A stretch of 64,000 bases of DNA from Octopus sinensis (lineage: Eukaryota). The translations under genes were made by a program, and so were the position numbers. The stretch lies in contig NC_043004.1 of NCBI RefSeq assembly GCF_006345805.1, positions 13,330,001 to 13,394,000 on the forward strand. The letters are read 5' to 3'. The stretch's first letter is position 1, and the number at the start of each line of letters is the position of its first letter. Shown here piece by piece: positions 37,902 to 51,390 of the stretch. The notes under the pieces are model-generated. The model searched no databases. It saw nothing but the letters and a program-made list of their open reading frames with translations, and was not told the DNA's origin.

Positions 37902-37977
<76 letters not shown>

Positions 37978-38324
37978 CAGTCTGTAAAGTTGTTTAGATG
38001 TTTACGAAGTTACACTTTATAAGTGTATGTAGTTGCCGTCATGTGAATGAAGCTGTATGCACAGTTTGTCGTATATTTACTGTACACACACATGCACACA
38101 AACAAACACATACGCATGTGTGTGTGTATGTATGTATATATGCAGGCATGTATGTATATGTGTATCCATGCATATAGATGTATGTGTATCTATTTGTATA
38201 TATGTATTTATATATATACGATTATGTTTGTGTATATATATATATATACATATATATATATACAGACATATATGCACATACATATAAGTGTGTGTATATA
38301 TATATGTATATATATACATACGTA

Positions 38325-38383
<59 letters not shown>

Positions 38384-38580
38384 GTGCATGTGCCCACTTA
38401 CACATTTAAATTTACCTGTACACTTATGCACATGAAAATTCTTTTAATTATACGCACACACAGACAAACACACACTCACACAGACGTATATACATGTATA
38501 AACATGTTTGCGTGCCTGCATGTATATCTATACGCACGGATTTGTGTGTATGTGTTTGTGTGTTTTTTTTTGTTTTAAAC
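36330..38580. repeat. Large compound (TA/CA/TG/TATG)n microsatellite block
   Basis: Direct reading; explains the many [10 protein letters not shown] pseudo-ORFs. Confidence 0.95.
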
Positions 38581-39161
38581 TTTTCTCGAAAAACTACTTT
38601 GATTAATCATTGGCCAACTTTTATGGAGTGACATTCCCATAGGCACTGCACATCCAACAAGGAAAATATGCGTGACAATGAGACTAGAAATTCTAATCAT
38701 TTATTTTATTTTATTTTATTTTATCTATTTACATTATTTTTTATATTTTTTACATAAATTTTTATTCATCTTGCGCAAGTTATTTTTTCTGTTAATTTTT
38801 ATCACTATATTATTTCCTGTTTATTTATTTATTTTTTCCCTATCATTTATTTTACATTTGATAGACTGTATATATTTAAGCTAGAGTTGATTAATCACGT
38901 AGAGTTACATTTGTCACAAACAGAAGGAATTGCAATCAAAATCTTGTTGCTTCTCAGACCGTTAAAAAAATATATATATAGATATAAAAATTTAAAATAA
39001 AAATAATAAATGATAAAAAAAACCAACAATATTTTGACAATTATGAGCAGTATATAAACCACAGAGGTCCAAAGGTAGGAATTATGCAGAAATATGGCTA
39101 AAAGCCTGAAACCGTTATACAATAGTAGAATACTAGTGGAGACGGTGAATTGGTTTATTGA

Positions 39162-39164
<3 letters not shown>

Positions 39165-39229
<65 letters not shown>

Positions 39230-39830
39230 TAATGTAATAATAATAATAATAACAATAATAATAATAATAATAATGATAATAATAATAATAATAATAATGA
39301 TGATGATAATAATAATAATAATAATAATAATTGTAATCAACAATAGCAATAAAGTTTTAGAAAATATTGGAGTAATATTCAATACAAAACAATTTCAGAT
39401 TAATGTGAAAGTTTCCTTTTCAAACTTTCTCGAAATTAATGGCGTCTTTAAAAATGTCTGAAATGATTATGACAAATATCATATTCTACTTTTAATGGCT
39501 TCACATTCATTGCGTAAACAAATAGCTGGGTATACAAAGAAATGATACTCGAATTCGTTTTAATTACATGCAAGTCGATAAAATCGATACGTACTAGGAT
39601 GATGACGATATTGATGATGAAGATGAAAATGATAAAGATGATGATGATGAGGAGGAGGATGAAGATAGAGATGATGATGATGATGATGAAGATGATGATG
39701 ATGATGATGATTATGATGACGATGCAAATGATGATGGTAACAACAAGAAAAGCAACTACAAGAATATTAAAATAATAATAGTATTAAAAATAATAAAAAA
39801 ACAACTACAATATGAAAATAACAACAACAA

Positions 39831-39868
<38 letters not shown>

Positions 39869-39900
39869 ATAATAATAATAATAATAATAATTATAATAAT
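39165..39900. repeat. (AAT)n/(GAT)n/(CTA)n trinucleotide block
   Basis: Direct reading. Confidence 0.95.
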
Positions 39901-40110
39901 CCTTTCTACTGTATGCACAAAGCCTAAATGTTGCGGAAGGGCGTATGTCTATATCGACCCCAGTACTCAGCTGGTAGTTATTTTATCGATCCTGAAAGTA
40001 TGAAAACCAAAGTCAGCCTCGGTAGAATTTGAACTCAAGATGTAAAGACAAACGAAATGCCGATCACCATTTCTCCCGGCGTGCTAACGATTCTGTTAGC
40101 TCACCGCCTA
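39900..40110 (-). mobile_element. SINE family C
   Basis: TATCGACCCCAGT...GAATTTGAACTCA...CCCGGCGTGCTAACGATTCTG. Confidence 0.75.
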
Positions 40111-40131
40111 ATAATAATAATAATAATAATA

Positions 40132-40170
<39 letters not shown>

Positions 40171-40414
40171 GGAGAAGAGTATTGTGAATTTTCTTTCTTT
40201 TTATGCTCTTAATATTCTTGCTTTAATTTTATATCCAATATTTTTTGTTTTTCTCTGTATTTCTTCGCCTTTATTATCACGTGACTTTGTAAATGAACAA
40301 TCTGGTGTGTTTATTTGAATGGCCTAGAAATGTATATAGTTCGTGTCTCTGCCCTACGTGTCAGAAGGGCACTCGGCAAGAAAGAGAAACAGAATTAGAA
40401 GATGATGATGAAAG

Positions 40415-40755
<341 letters not shown>

Positions 40756-41954
40756 TTCTGCATATAATTCTCTCATAATGCTCCTTGAAAACTCCTGTTT
40801 CTGCAGAAGTGGTTCTAGAATCTGTACTTACTTGCTTAAATGTGATCCATTTATAAAGTGCCTGGCTATTTCGAAAAGTATCACTTATTTGCTTGTCCTT
40901 CCTCCACGCAAGATGTAGCATCCATGTCTGAAAGAACGGATGCGCAAAAAAGGTGAGGGAATGTTTTCGTACGTTTCAATGCGTATGTTTATATTTGAAG
41001 GAGAGAGAGACAGCGAGAGTGAGAGAGAGAGAGGGAGAGTAAGAGGGTGTTGGGTTGGAGGTTTACTTTGATGGCGGATTTTTATTATGTTGTTAGTGTC
41101 GTGGTTACTGTTACTGATCTAGCTGCCGCTGTTGCTGTCGGTACTGCTTTCGTTCCTGTTAACGCAGCTGCAGTTGTTTGTGTTAATGATGCTGTTGGTG
41201 GTGTTGGTACTGCTGCTGTGGTTCTTGTTGCCTTCGTTACTGCTGCAGCTGCTAATACTGCTGCTACTGAACGTTGCTGAGGATTTGGGTTTGTGGTGTA
41301 AACAGCATGGGAGATAGAGATTACCCGTTTTCTTCTGATAGCAGAGGACTCTTAAGTTGTTTTCACCACCACAAAAAATGACATCATGGCTCTTTACTCC
41401 AGCTGCAATATTCAGGCCATTTTAAGTGGACAGGTAGATGAGTTCAGCGACGAGGCGACCTCTTTCCGATGCTCCAGTTTGCTCAGTAGGAAGATATCCA
41501 GCGTATTCTAAACCAAATCTCTCTCTCAGATCGTTTCACGTAGAAGATGGTCCACTTCCACCTAGTCAACACAACACTATCCGCCAAATATACACTCTTA
41601 GTGGAACCCTCTCCATCTTAACGCCATAGGTCTTTCTCGTTCAATATACTGATCAGAACTATGGCGTACTTTAGCGTGAGGCATTTGGTTTTGAAGAGGA
41701 CTTCAATACCTTCCGGATGCGTGCCCAGGCCTTGCTATGGTTACGCATCTTATATCTGCTCAAATATGTTCCCGAGCTCTTGTCACTTAGTGTTTCGCGT
41801 TTAGGAAATAATTAAGGGCAATTTTGCCTATAGTAAGTTGGTCGCGGTGTTTTCCCTCATCATCTTTTCTAATTAAGTGACTATTTCCCCTCTAATCTAT
41901 TTTTCTCCATCGCTATTTCTTTACTGAAACATAATTATTCTATTCTTATCTCAC

Positions 41955-41993
41955 TCTTCGGAGCGCTATTACACTGCTTGTTGACGACTGAAC
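41955..41993 (-). CDS. Weak candidate exon VQSSTSSVIALRR (phase 0 to 0)
   Basis: Donor GTGAGA and weak acceptor CATTTGACAG; would join in frame to 35771. Confidence 0.2.
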
Positions 41994-42350
41994 CTGTCAA
42001 ATGTTTCTTAACTAAAATGCTAATCCAGTCTCTGTAGGTTTCACATGCTGGGAACCAAGCGAGTAGTTTCCAGTCAACTATGCAGATCCCACATCTGTGA
42101 TGTACGTAGGAGATAGGTTTAAATTATAAGCATCCAATACTAGTTACCACTAATTAAAGGATTCGTAAACAGTAGGAGACCAAAATGGTAAATACATATT
42201 GTATTCCGTGAATGTGATGAAGGTTAGGTGTAAATGGTAAGTTTTATTCTTCGCGAATCAGCCTTTACCTATCAAGTGATCTGAGACCACAATTAGAGTC
42301 AAATAGGGTTCACTGACAACTCGATGATTGGATGTTTCCTTTCGCATTCT

Positions 42351-42751
42351 TATTTCTTTATTGCCCACAAGGGGCTAAACATAGATTGGACAAACAAATA
42401 CATTAAGTCGATTACATCGACCCCAGTGCCTAACTAGTACTTAATTTATCGACCCAGAAAGGATGAAAGGCGAAGTCAACCTCGGCGGAATTTGAACTCA
42501 CAAGGTAACGGCAGACGAAATACCTATTTCTTTACTACCCACAAGGGGATAAACACAGAGGTGACAAACAAGGACAGACACACGGATTAAGTCGATTACA
42601 TCGACCCAGTGCGTAACTGGTACTTAATTTATCGACCCCTAAAGGATGAAAGGCAAAGTCGACCTCAGCGGAATTTGTACTCAGAACGTAACGGCAGACG
42701 AAATACCACTAGGCATTTCACCCGGCGTGCTAATGTTTCTGCTAGCTCGCC
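42351..42751 (-). mobile_element. Two stacked SINE family C copies
   Basis: TATTTCTTTA.T.CCCACAAGGGG...GATTACATCGACCC..GTGC...GAAAGGCAAAGTCGACCTC occurs twice. Confidence 0.9.
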
Positions 42752-43002
42752 TTTCGTATTGTCGATTTTCATGAAAATTTCTACATCTTCATTCTACGTA
42801 ATCCCTGCCTTTTTGCATTTTCTATGTTATGTCCTCTCAGTTGTCGCCCGTGCGGTGAATAAAGAAATGATATTTACTCTTGTCAATGTCTCTGTCATTG
42901 TAGTAATTCTGTTTCTACATTTCTCGCTATATCATCATAAATTTCGATCCCCGTAGGTTGGAAGAATGTATGTCTTTTCATTCATTCTACGAGAGTTACA
43001 AG

Positions 43003-43217
43003 GCAGTGAGCTGGCAGAAACGTTAGCACACCGGGCGAAATGCTTAGCGGTAATTCGTCTGTTTTTACGTTCTGCATTCAAATTCGGCCGAGGTTGACTT
43101 TGCCTTTCATCCTTTCGGGGTCGATAAACTAAGAACCAATAGCGAACTGGGGTCGATCTAATCGACTGGCCCCCTTCCCCAAAAATTTCGGGCCATGTCC
43201 CTAGAGCAGAAAAGATT
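43003..43217 (+). mobile_element. SINE family C
   Basis: GAGCTGGCAGAAACGTTAGCACACCGGGCGAAATGCTTAGCGG... Confidence 0.9.
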
Positions 43218-43609
43218 ATGTGAGTGTTACTATTTTTACCAATATATTTTGCACAAAATTTTGAATGCCTTCAAATGCGCATCAACCAACCTAAAGGAGC
43301 TGAGCTGTTCTATTAGCCACAATATTACTTCCATCAAACGTTAAAGGAATTTAGAAGTTTTTGTTTCTTTTCGACCTGCTCAGAATATCAACGAAATCAC
43401 TTGTCTTCTAAAGAGAGCAAGATATGCAATGCACAACAAAGTGATGGATATTCACAGACAGAACACATTTCTCATTCGAGACTGAAAATAAGCTAAATAA
43501 TAGTTTCATGTTGAAAAAAACAGATCTTACCATTATTTTGGAACTCTGCTTTCACTTATGTCTGTGTCTCCAATAAAGTTCTTTGAATACCTCGTTTATA
43601 CACTCTTCT

Positions 43610-45467
43610 CTATTTCCTTACATTTGCCATAAAGGCAACATACAGATGAAGCTTTGCTGGCTGGAAACAGACACAATGATGATGATGAATGAAAAAGATG
43701 GTTGGTGAGAGAAGCAGACAACGCCCGCCGATTGTTACTTCCCCATAACAACAGTGTTCTTTAAAAAAATGAGGTGTTGAACATCTTACACTAATTACAA
43801 ATTGAGGCGCTAAACCTCTTGCCAATCTCCAAGTTCGAATCGAGGCACTAATACATCTTACTCTGCCTCCCCAATTAAGTCTCTTGCCGCCTGCAGGCAA
43901 GCTTGCAGTCGCAAGCCGGGGTCCCATAAAAGATAATTATATTCTTCCTTAGTAAAGGAATACATCAACCCGTAGAAATAATTTTGTTCCATGACCTACG
44001 CAGCTACCTGCGGAGGCCAATCCGGGCTATCACTGCAGGTCAAGACCGCCTTTTCCCGACCTTCAAGATTCCTCACATAGTTCTCTACGGCACCTCATTT
44101 ATTACACTGGGAGGGGCTACAGTTTTTTCCGTCGTGGCATAATTCCCACCGATGAGATTTCGGGACATGCCGGCAGTGTACTGCTAACCGCCGGCACTGT
44201 CCCATTCTTTTTCTTCTTTTTTCTTGTCTATGATACGGGAGTGGGTGTTTCTTTCGCTTTAACCTGAGGACCATCACTCCTTCCCGCAGCTTTAGGGTCG
44301 TTCTATGGGCAACCACTATTGCCTACCTTCTTCCTTTTTTCCTCTTTTTTTTTCCGGGGCGGTCTCCACCTCAATCTCTGCCTCCGGAGGAAGAGGGGGC
44401 TCTTCCACAACCAGATGTTCCAGGACATTACTCTGGTCCTGGGGGCAGTTCTTTTTGATGTGGCCCAGTTCCAGGCACAAAAGACACTTGGGGGAGCGTC
44501 CCTCAAGAGTAGCCGGGAACCTGCAACTGGCCATTTCAAAAGATCTGGAAAAACCAGATTCTTGGCTGATTGGGTCCACAAGGTCAAAAAAAGCTTTGGA
44601 CCCAATCCAATCAGACGCTGGAATCTATGCCGGGTGGCAACCCGCAGACTCAAACTGTTGTCAACTTCTTCCCTACCATACGTGGGAAGAAACAAAATCT
44701 CCTTGCCTTCTAAGGGCTGGTTTTCAAATTTGTGAGCCTCCTCAGGGGTGTCAAATAACAACCACACCGTTGCATGTTTGACTGGAGATGAATTTAATAG
44801 TAGGCAAATATTCTGCCAACTCTTTTTCAATTTGAGTCATTTGAAAGAGGGCAATGGTGTTGAGCGACTTTGAGTAAGTCCTCAACACCACCGTCCTCTC
44901 TTCAAATTCTTTCATCTACTGTTTGGGTGGGACAATCTCCCACTCCAACGCAGTGTTGTTTGTCTCCTTTACCATTTCTTTTTGGAAAAAAGTTCACAAA
45001 AAACAAAAGTTCACAGAAATAAAAATGCAGAAAGGAAGTAAGAAGACAAGAAACATTTCCAAAACACAGCAAGCTATTCTGGCTGTCCTGGTACTCTTAG
45101 CCAACTCGGTAATCCTCTTGGTAAGGGCACAAAACTGTCACACAACAATTTCACCAAAAAATGATAAAAACAATAAGCACAATTATAGTAGGAGGGATAC
45201 GCCCCCAAAACACACTTCTTACCGCTAAGTGAAACTTTAAACACAACTACCAGCAGACAGTTTGCCAGGAACTCAGTGGAGATTTCTTGTTCGACAAAAA
45301 TAAATAAACAAGAGCTGAATCCTCAAAAAACAAATGCCTTACCTTGTAGTTGTGCTTCCCTTGTTCAATAATTCACGACGCTAGTGTACAGCGATGTGAC
45401 TCCTAGCAGTGCAAAGAACACACTGACCAACGCATGCGCAGGAAGCAAGCTTCTTACCACACTCTTC
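43610..45467 (-). mobile_element. ORF1-only (half-L1/Tx1-like) non-LTR element, copy 2, with 22 nt of SINE target at its 5' end
   Basis: ORF1 from ATG at 44975: MVKETNNTALEWEIVPPKQ*MKEFEERTVVLRTYSKSLNTIALF...KHATVWLLFD...VCGLPPGID...CLLCLELGHIKKNC (44445-44486). Perfect 15-bp TSD TTTATACACTCTTCT at 43595-43609 and 45468-45482. The 3' UTR is homologous to copy 1. Confidence 0.85.
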
Positions 45468-45632
45468 TTTATACACTCTTCTTTATTAAACCTTTTATAC
45501 CCCTTATTTTTCTCTTATTTTCTCCTGTCGGTATATTACCGTTTGGCAGAATCACGCTTATTAGAATGGATAAACCGTCGGTATTTATGCCTAGCAATAC
45601 AAAGTCATGTTTCATTATGTATTGCATTCAAG

Positions 45633-45845
45633 TCGGCGAGCTGGCAAAATCGTCAACAAACCGGGAGAAATGCTTAGCGGTATTTCATCTGTCCTTATGT
45701 TCTGAGTTCAAATTCCGCCGAGGTCGACTTTGCCTTTCATCCCTTTCGGGGTCGATAAATTAAGTACCAGTTGCGTAGTGGAGTCGATCTAATCGACTAG
45801 CCCCCTCCCCTAAAATTTCAGGCCTTGTGCATATAATAGAAAGGA
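45633..45845 (+). mobile_element. SINE family C
   Basis: GGCGAGCTGGCAAAATCGT...GTTCTGAGTTCAAATTCCGCCGAGGTCGACTTTGCC. Confidence 0.9.
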
Positions 45846-47367
45846 ATGTGTATTGCATTCAAATCCAACTTTCCACTTCATCATCTAAAATTTGATAAAA
45901 TAAATACCTGGCATGTCCTAGATTAGATTAGATTAACTTTCTACTGAGGGTGATGGGTTACCTACTGCTTAGATTTTCGTATTTAATATATTTTGCGCTC
46001 AATTTCCGACGAGGCTAAATTTTCATTTCAACATTCTAGTAGCAGTAAATAATAGGAAATAGTGACGTGGATTTAATCGAAAATACTATTTCTCCAACAT
46101 TGCTTGGCTGTGTGCATAATTTAGAAATTAATATTTATTTGTGCCTCTACCTAATTTCCACAAAATTCTATATTCAAAATCTAAAACAATTATGTAGATC
46201 AGTCCCGGTCAAATAATTTAACACCAGGAATCCAAGGAATTTCTGTTCGTCTATGTCGGTGACAACAACCGCTACAATGTAGATACAAAGTAAATTTCTG
46301 CCAGTTCATTTGGCTTAAGGTGTGGAAAACCCAACGTTTCGGATATTTATGTGTAACCAAAGAGAAAATTATATATTGTAATTAAATCTGCAGACCAATG
46401 CCGAAACTGCAGAAAATGAATGTATTATTATTTTTGCAAAATAAATTTACCATTTAAATAACAAACGCTAGGGGAAAACTGCATATAATCAATTGTTCGA
46501 AGTAGTAGCCGCAAAACTTCCTCAATCACACACCGCAGTTTTAAAAAAAAGTTACAATAAATAATGTTTTCCTGGTTTGCTTCTAAGATTAAATGATGGC
46601 CAATTGAGGAATGTATTTCACCATAAATATAGCTTGTTCATTGATGCCATGGAACAAAATATCAACCACAACAATAACCATTTTTATCACACTATTAACT
46701 ACAAAGGAGGAGCATTATTCCCAGTTGAATATATATCGTAATAATACACCAGGGTGAACTTATTTTCTGGTAACTAAGTCGTGAAAAAATGTTGGAAATT
46801 TATTAAACACGCTCAAATGACTGAAAAAAAAGAACAAGCTTTTAACAATGTTAACGAATAATTTCTCAGGAAAATTGAAATATTATCTTTCTAATATGTA
46901 ATTTTAGTGCTAGCTGGGTGCCTTTTCAACACTTAGGCTCAAAGAGTTAGCGAAATTACAATAGTACGAAGTTAACATTGAATTCAAAATCATAATTGTG
47001 AAGCAATATCGGAAATTAATTTTAGAACATTGTGGGTATGTACACCTGAGCTTCAGGTTATGAATAATGACTTCTTAAGAACCATGTGATTAAATTATCA
47101 ATAATATTTAAGACAGCATTCCTGAGATTACTTAGATAGACTATCATTTATGTAGCTAAGCAGGTGGTTTCTTAACTTTCTGACTTCTCTGATATTTATC
47201 CAAGTACATTGGCAAGAGACAGTTAGATCTACACAGACTTATTATTGTCTAGATTGGACTCATAAATTGGATTAGAATTATAAACGTTCACGTTTTTTTC
47301 TTCTTATTATTATTGTTCTATAGCAAAAATACGATGAGAAGACTGGCAAGATATCAAAATATAATAC

Positions 47368-47447
47368 CTTTCGTCTTGATATGATAGTATTTTGAAATCG
47401 ATTGGTTTCTGTAAAGTTGGCGGATGGATATTTCATGAGTGAATGTA
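47368..47447 (-). CDS. Candidate internal exon; frame ambiguous (HSLMKYPSANFTETNRFQNTIISRRK or TFTHEISIRQLYRNQSISKYYHIKTK)
   Basis: Acceptor ATTTTCTCTTAG and donor AAG|GTATTA; two frames are open. Confidence 0.3.
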
Positions 47448-47509
47448 CTAAGAGAAAATATCTGACAGTCAAAAACTTCGAAGACCAGACAAATAATAAT
47501 AATAATAAT

Positions 47510-47566
<57 letters not shown>

Positions 47567-47569
47567 CCC

Positions 47570-48357
47570 AGCAATGGTTGAGAAGCTCAGGACTCAAAGC
47601 AGAAACAGAGGGATTTTTAATTGCAGCACAAGACCAAAGCCTCCCCACCAGAAATTACCAAAAACATGTAATGAAAAGAAATACTACAAGTAACTGCAGA
47701 ATATGTGGAGATGGACAAGAAACAATAAATCATATTATCTCTAGCTGCCCAGTCCTGGCTAAGAAGGAATATATTCACAGACATGACAGAGTTGGAACCT
47801 ACATACATTGGAAGCTATGCCAACATTATGGAATAACAACAGAAAAAAGATGGTATAGGCACACACCAGAAAAGGTCACAGAAAACGAGAAAGCAACCAT
47901 ACTCTGGGATATGCCGATACACACAGATAGAGAAATTAAGGCCAATAGACCAGATATAGTTGTCAGAGATCATGAAGAAAAAAATGCTTTCTAATTGATG
48001 TATCAATACCGGCAGATGACAACGTGTCTCTAAAAGAAATGGAGAAACTCTCAAAATACAAAGACCTGGAAATGGGGGTAACTAGAATGTGGAATCTGAA
48101 AACAGAAACAATTCCTATCATAGTAGGTGCATTAGGCATGATAAAAAAATATTCAGATAAATACATAACAAAAACACCAGGACTTACAAACACATATAAC
48201 ATACAGAAAATTGCACTACTAGGCACTGCACACATCCTACGCATAACACTTTCCATACAATAACCATCAGAGCATCACAACAAATCACAGCACATACCCA
48301 AGGCACACAGAGCTGCGCTCGGTAGTGAAGTGAAAGCACGCTGTAAAAATAAAACTA

Positions 48358-48360
<3 letters not shown>
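47570..48360 (+). mobile_element. Well-preserved 5'-truncated R4/Dong-clade retroelement (CCHC finger and REL endonuclease) inside (AAT)n
   Basis: Reads LKAETEGFLIAAQDQSLPTRNY...CRICG...HIISSC...RHDRVG...WD..IHTDREIKANRPDIVV...LIDVSIP...EKLSKYKDL...IPIIVGALG...LLGTAHILRITLS*. One frameshift at an A7 run near 47980. Flanked by (AAT)n at 47495-47568 and 48361-48424. Confidence 0.92.
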
Positions 48361-48426
<66 letters not shown>

Positions 48427-48729
48427 CACAACAACAATAATAATGATGATGGTAATGATAATGGTGATGATGATGAAGATAAATAGGAAAATACCAAGGC
48501 TTAGCAAGAGAAATGCGAAGAAGATACTGAAGGATTTGTGCAAAAGTAGTTATGGGTACCGTGGTACTTTCCTTAATGAGATCGGATTGCCTAAAAAACT
48601 GATATCTTCTCTTTGAATAACAAGAATTGTTTTTAAAGGCCTTCGATATCAAAGGAGACCAATTGTAACCCAGTATCAAATACATTGATGCCAGATATAA
48701 CAGACTTGTACAAACCATTAGATAATATT

Positions 48730-49385
48730 TATTTCTGCTATAGGCACAAGGCCTGAGGTTTGGGGAAACGGAGTTAGCTGAATAAATCGACCCCACTGGT
48801 CATCTGATATTTATTTGATCAACTCCGAAAGGATAACAGACAAAACCTACATTTGTAGAATTTGAACTCAGAACGTAAACATGGATGAAATACCGTTAAA
48901 CATTTTGTTCGTCGCAGTAACGATTCTGTCAACTCACCACCTTTATGCAGTTTGATGATAATCCTTTTTACTATAGACACAAGGCCTGAAATTTCGAGGG
49001 ATGGAACTAGTTGATTACATCGACCCCAGTGCTCGACTGGTACTTATTTTATCAACCCTGAAAGGATGAAAGGCAAAGTCGAAATCGGCGGAATTTGAAC
49101 TCAAACGTAGACAGAAGAAATGCCGCTAAGCATTTTGCCTGGCGTGCTAACGATTCTTATTTCTTTATTGCCCACAAGGGGTTAAACATAGAGGGGACAA
49201 ACAAGGAGAGACAAACGGATTAAGTCGATTATATCGACTCCAGTGCGTAACTAGTACTTATTTTATCGACCCCGAAAGGATGAAGGGCAAAGTCGACCAC
49301 GGCGGAATTTGAACTCAGAACGTAACGGCAGACGAAATGACGCTAAGCATTTTGCCCGGCGTGCTAACGATTCTGCCAGCTCAGC
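48730..49385 (-). mobile_element. Cluster of three to four stacked SINE family C copies
   Basis: Repeated ATCGACCCCAGT...GAAAGGATGAA.GGCAAAGTCG...GAATTTGAACTCA units. Confidence 0.88.
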
Positions 49386-49764
49386 GCTTCAACCGTTAAA
49401 TGATAATAATAAAAAGAAAAAAAAATCTATGACCAGGATGGCGAAAGCATTTACACCTGAAATTCCCTATACATGGTTTTTAATTTATACCCGGATGGTT
49501 TACTCATGTTGAGGAATACTAACCAGACCTGTGATATTTCTAGACACAAAAGAAAGGAATTAATAACCTCTTTGATTACCTCAAACAGTCCGACGACAAA
49601 TGAGGTTCTGTATGGACGCCTCAGTTTTATTATTACGTTTTCGATATATATTTTTTTTCAAATCGAGTTTAACTTCACTGAGCAACTTGCAATAATGCGG
49701 AAGATTTTTGGAACTACTTACATTTTTGTTAACAAATAGAACACTGGTTAGCAGAAGAAATATT

Positions 49765-50016
49765 TCATCATCATCATCATCAGCAGCAGCAGGTTCATCA
49801 CCATCATCGACATTACCAGCGTCGTTATCATCAGCAACACCTTTCCCGACAATACCATCGCAGTCATTTCGACCAAAACAGTCACCATCGTAGTCAACAC
49901 CACTGCAATCATCATCATCATTGTCGTCGTGGTCGTCATCATCCTCATCATCGTCATCGTCGTCGTTATCATCATCGACATCGTCATCATCATCATCATC
50001 ATCGTGGTCGTCGTCT

Positions 50017-50047
<31 letters not shown>

Positions 50048-50095
50048 CATTGTCATCTCATCATCGTCATCATCACCATCATTAAGATCACATCG
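49765..50095. repeat. Degenerate (CAT/CGT)n trinucleotide tract
   Basis: Direct reading. Confidence 0.9.
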
Positions 50096-50189
50096 ATGTC
50101 TTTGCATTCATCTTTAGATAGTGGGGCTTTTGTTTTTTTTTCCTTTGTAGAACAGTGTGCAATATTTGAATTGACATATTTGCAATATA

Positions 50190-50520
50190 GGCGCAGGTAC
50201 GGTTGTGTGGTAGGAAGCATGCCTCCCAACCACATGGTTCCGGGTTCAATTCCATTGAGTGGTACCGACCAAAACATTGTTAGTGGATTTGGAAGAAGGA
50301 AACTGATAGAAGCCCGTCGTATATATTTGTGTGTCTGTGTTTCTCGTCCCACCATTATTTGACAACCGATGTTGGCGTGTTTACGCCCCCATAATTTAGC
50401 AGTTTGGCAAAAGAGACCGATATTACTGGGCTTACAAATCATTAGTATTGGTGTCGATTTGTTGGCCCAAAATCTTGTGAGCGGATTTGGAACCGGACAC
50501 TGAAAGAAGCTCGTCGTGTA
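50190..50520 (+). mobile_element. SINE family A/B, uninterrupted head (reference for the split copy at 25.1/26.9 kb)
   Basis: GGCGCAGGTACGGTTGTGTGGTAGGAAGCATGCCTCCCAACCACATGGTTCCGGGTTCAATTCC has A and B boxes. Confidence 0.85.
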
Positions 50521-51059
50521 TATATATATATATGAGAAATTAGATATTAATTTAATTAACATCGATTTCACTCCAGTGGCCTAGCATATAAAAAAACTGA
50601 AGGTTCAGTAAAATTATATTATATACATATATGTGTGTGTGTGTGTGTATGCATACGGACATATATACGACGGGCTTCTGTATTTTATTTATATTTTTAC
50701 CTATAAATATCTAAAGTTGCTAGCCACTTTACTATTAACCTTATTTTAAATAAACTTAGCGATACTTATGTATTATATATTACTCTACCTCTGGTATTTG
50801 AGTACTCTTTTTCTGTCTGGCATTGTATGACCCCAGTCGTACAGTGTTATGATCCTCAAAAGGTTGGATCGATATAACGTCCCCTCAGTATCACCGTACA
50901 ATTATTATATCTCGGATACCACTATCAAAACAGTCTACACATCCTCTCGACCTTCTGACCTTCCCCTTGTCGACCGGCTACTGGCCTATGTATATTGGCT
51001 GTCTACTACCACTTTTCTTACCGGGAGAAGTGTGCAGTTTCACTATACAACAGTATGAA

Positions 51060-51390
51060 TAAAGGTAAAATGGTAAAAACCACCTTCGGGTATGGATGCC
51101 CATGTGATTGCTCCTAGAAAGTTCCCCTCTGAGGCACAAACCCAGGCAAGGATGTTTATGGAATACCAGCAGTTGCCCATGCGTACCAACCTCCCCTCTC
51201 CACACCGCGGGAAAAACAAAGGTGGATACAGCTTGACAACAATTACGTCGCAACTCATTTCTACAGGCTGAGTGAACCGGAACAACATGGAATAAAATGT
51301 GTTGCTCAACAATACAAAGCCTGGTCCGGGAATCGAACTCACTACCTTATGATTGTGAGCCCAGCGCCCTAACCCCTGAACCATGCGCCT
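51060..51390 (-). mobile_element. tRNA-derived SINE (distinct family)
   Basis: Minus-strand GGTTCAGGGGTTAGGGCGCTGGGCTCACAATCATAAGGTAGTGAGTTCGATTCCCGG head with a B box. Confidence 0.75.
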
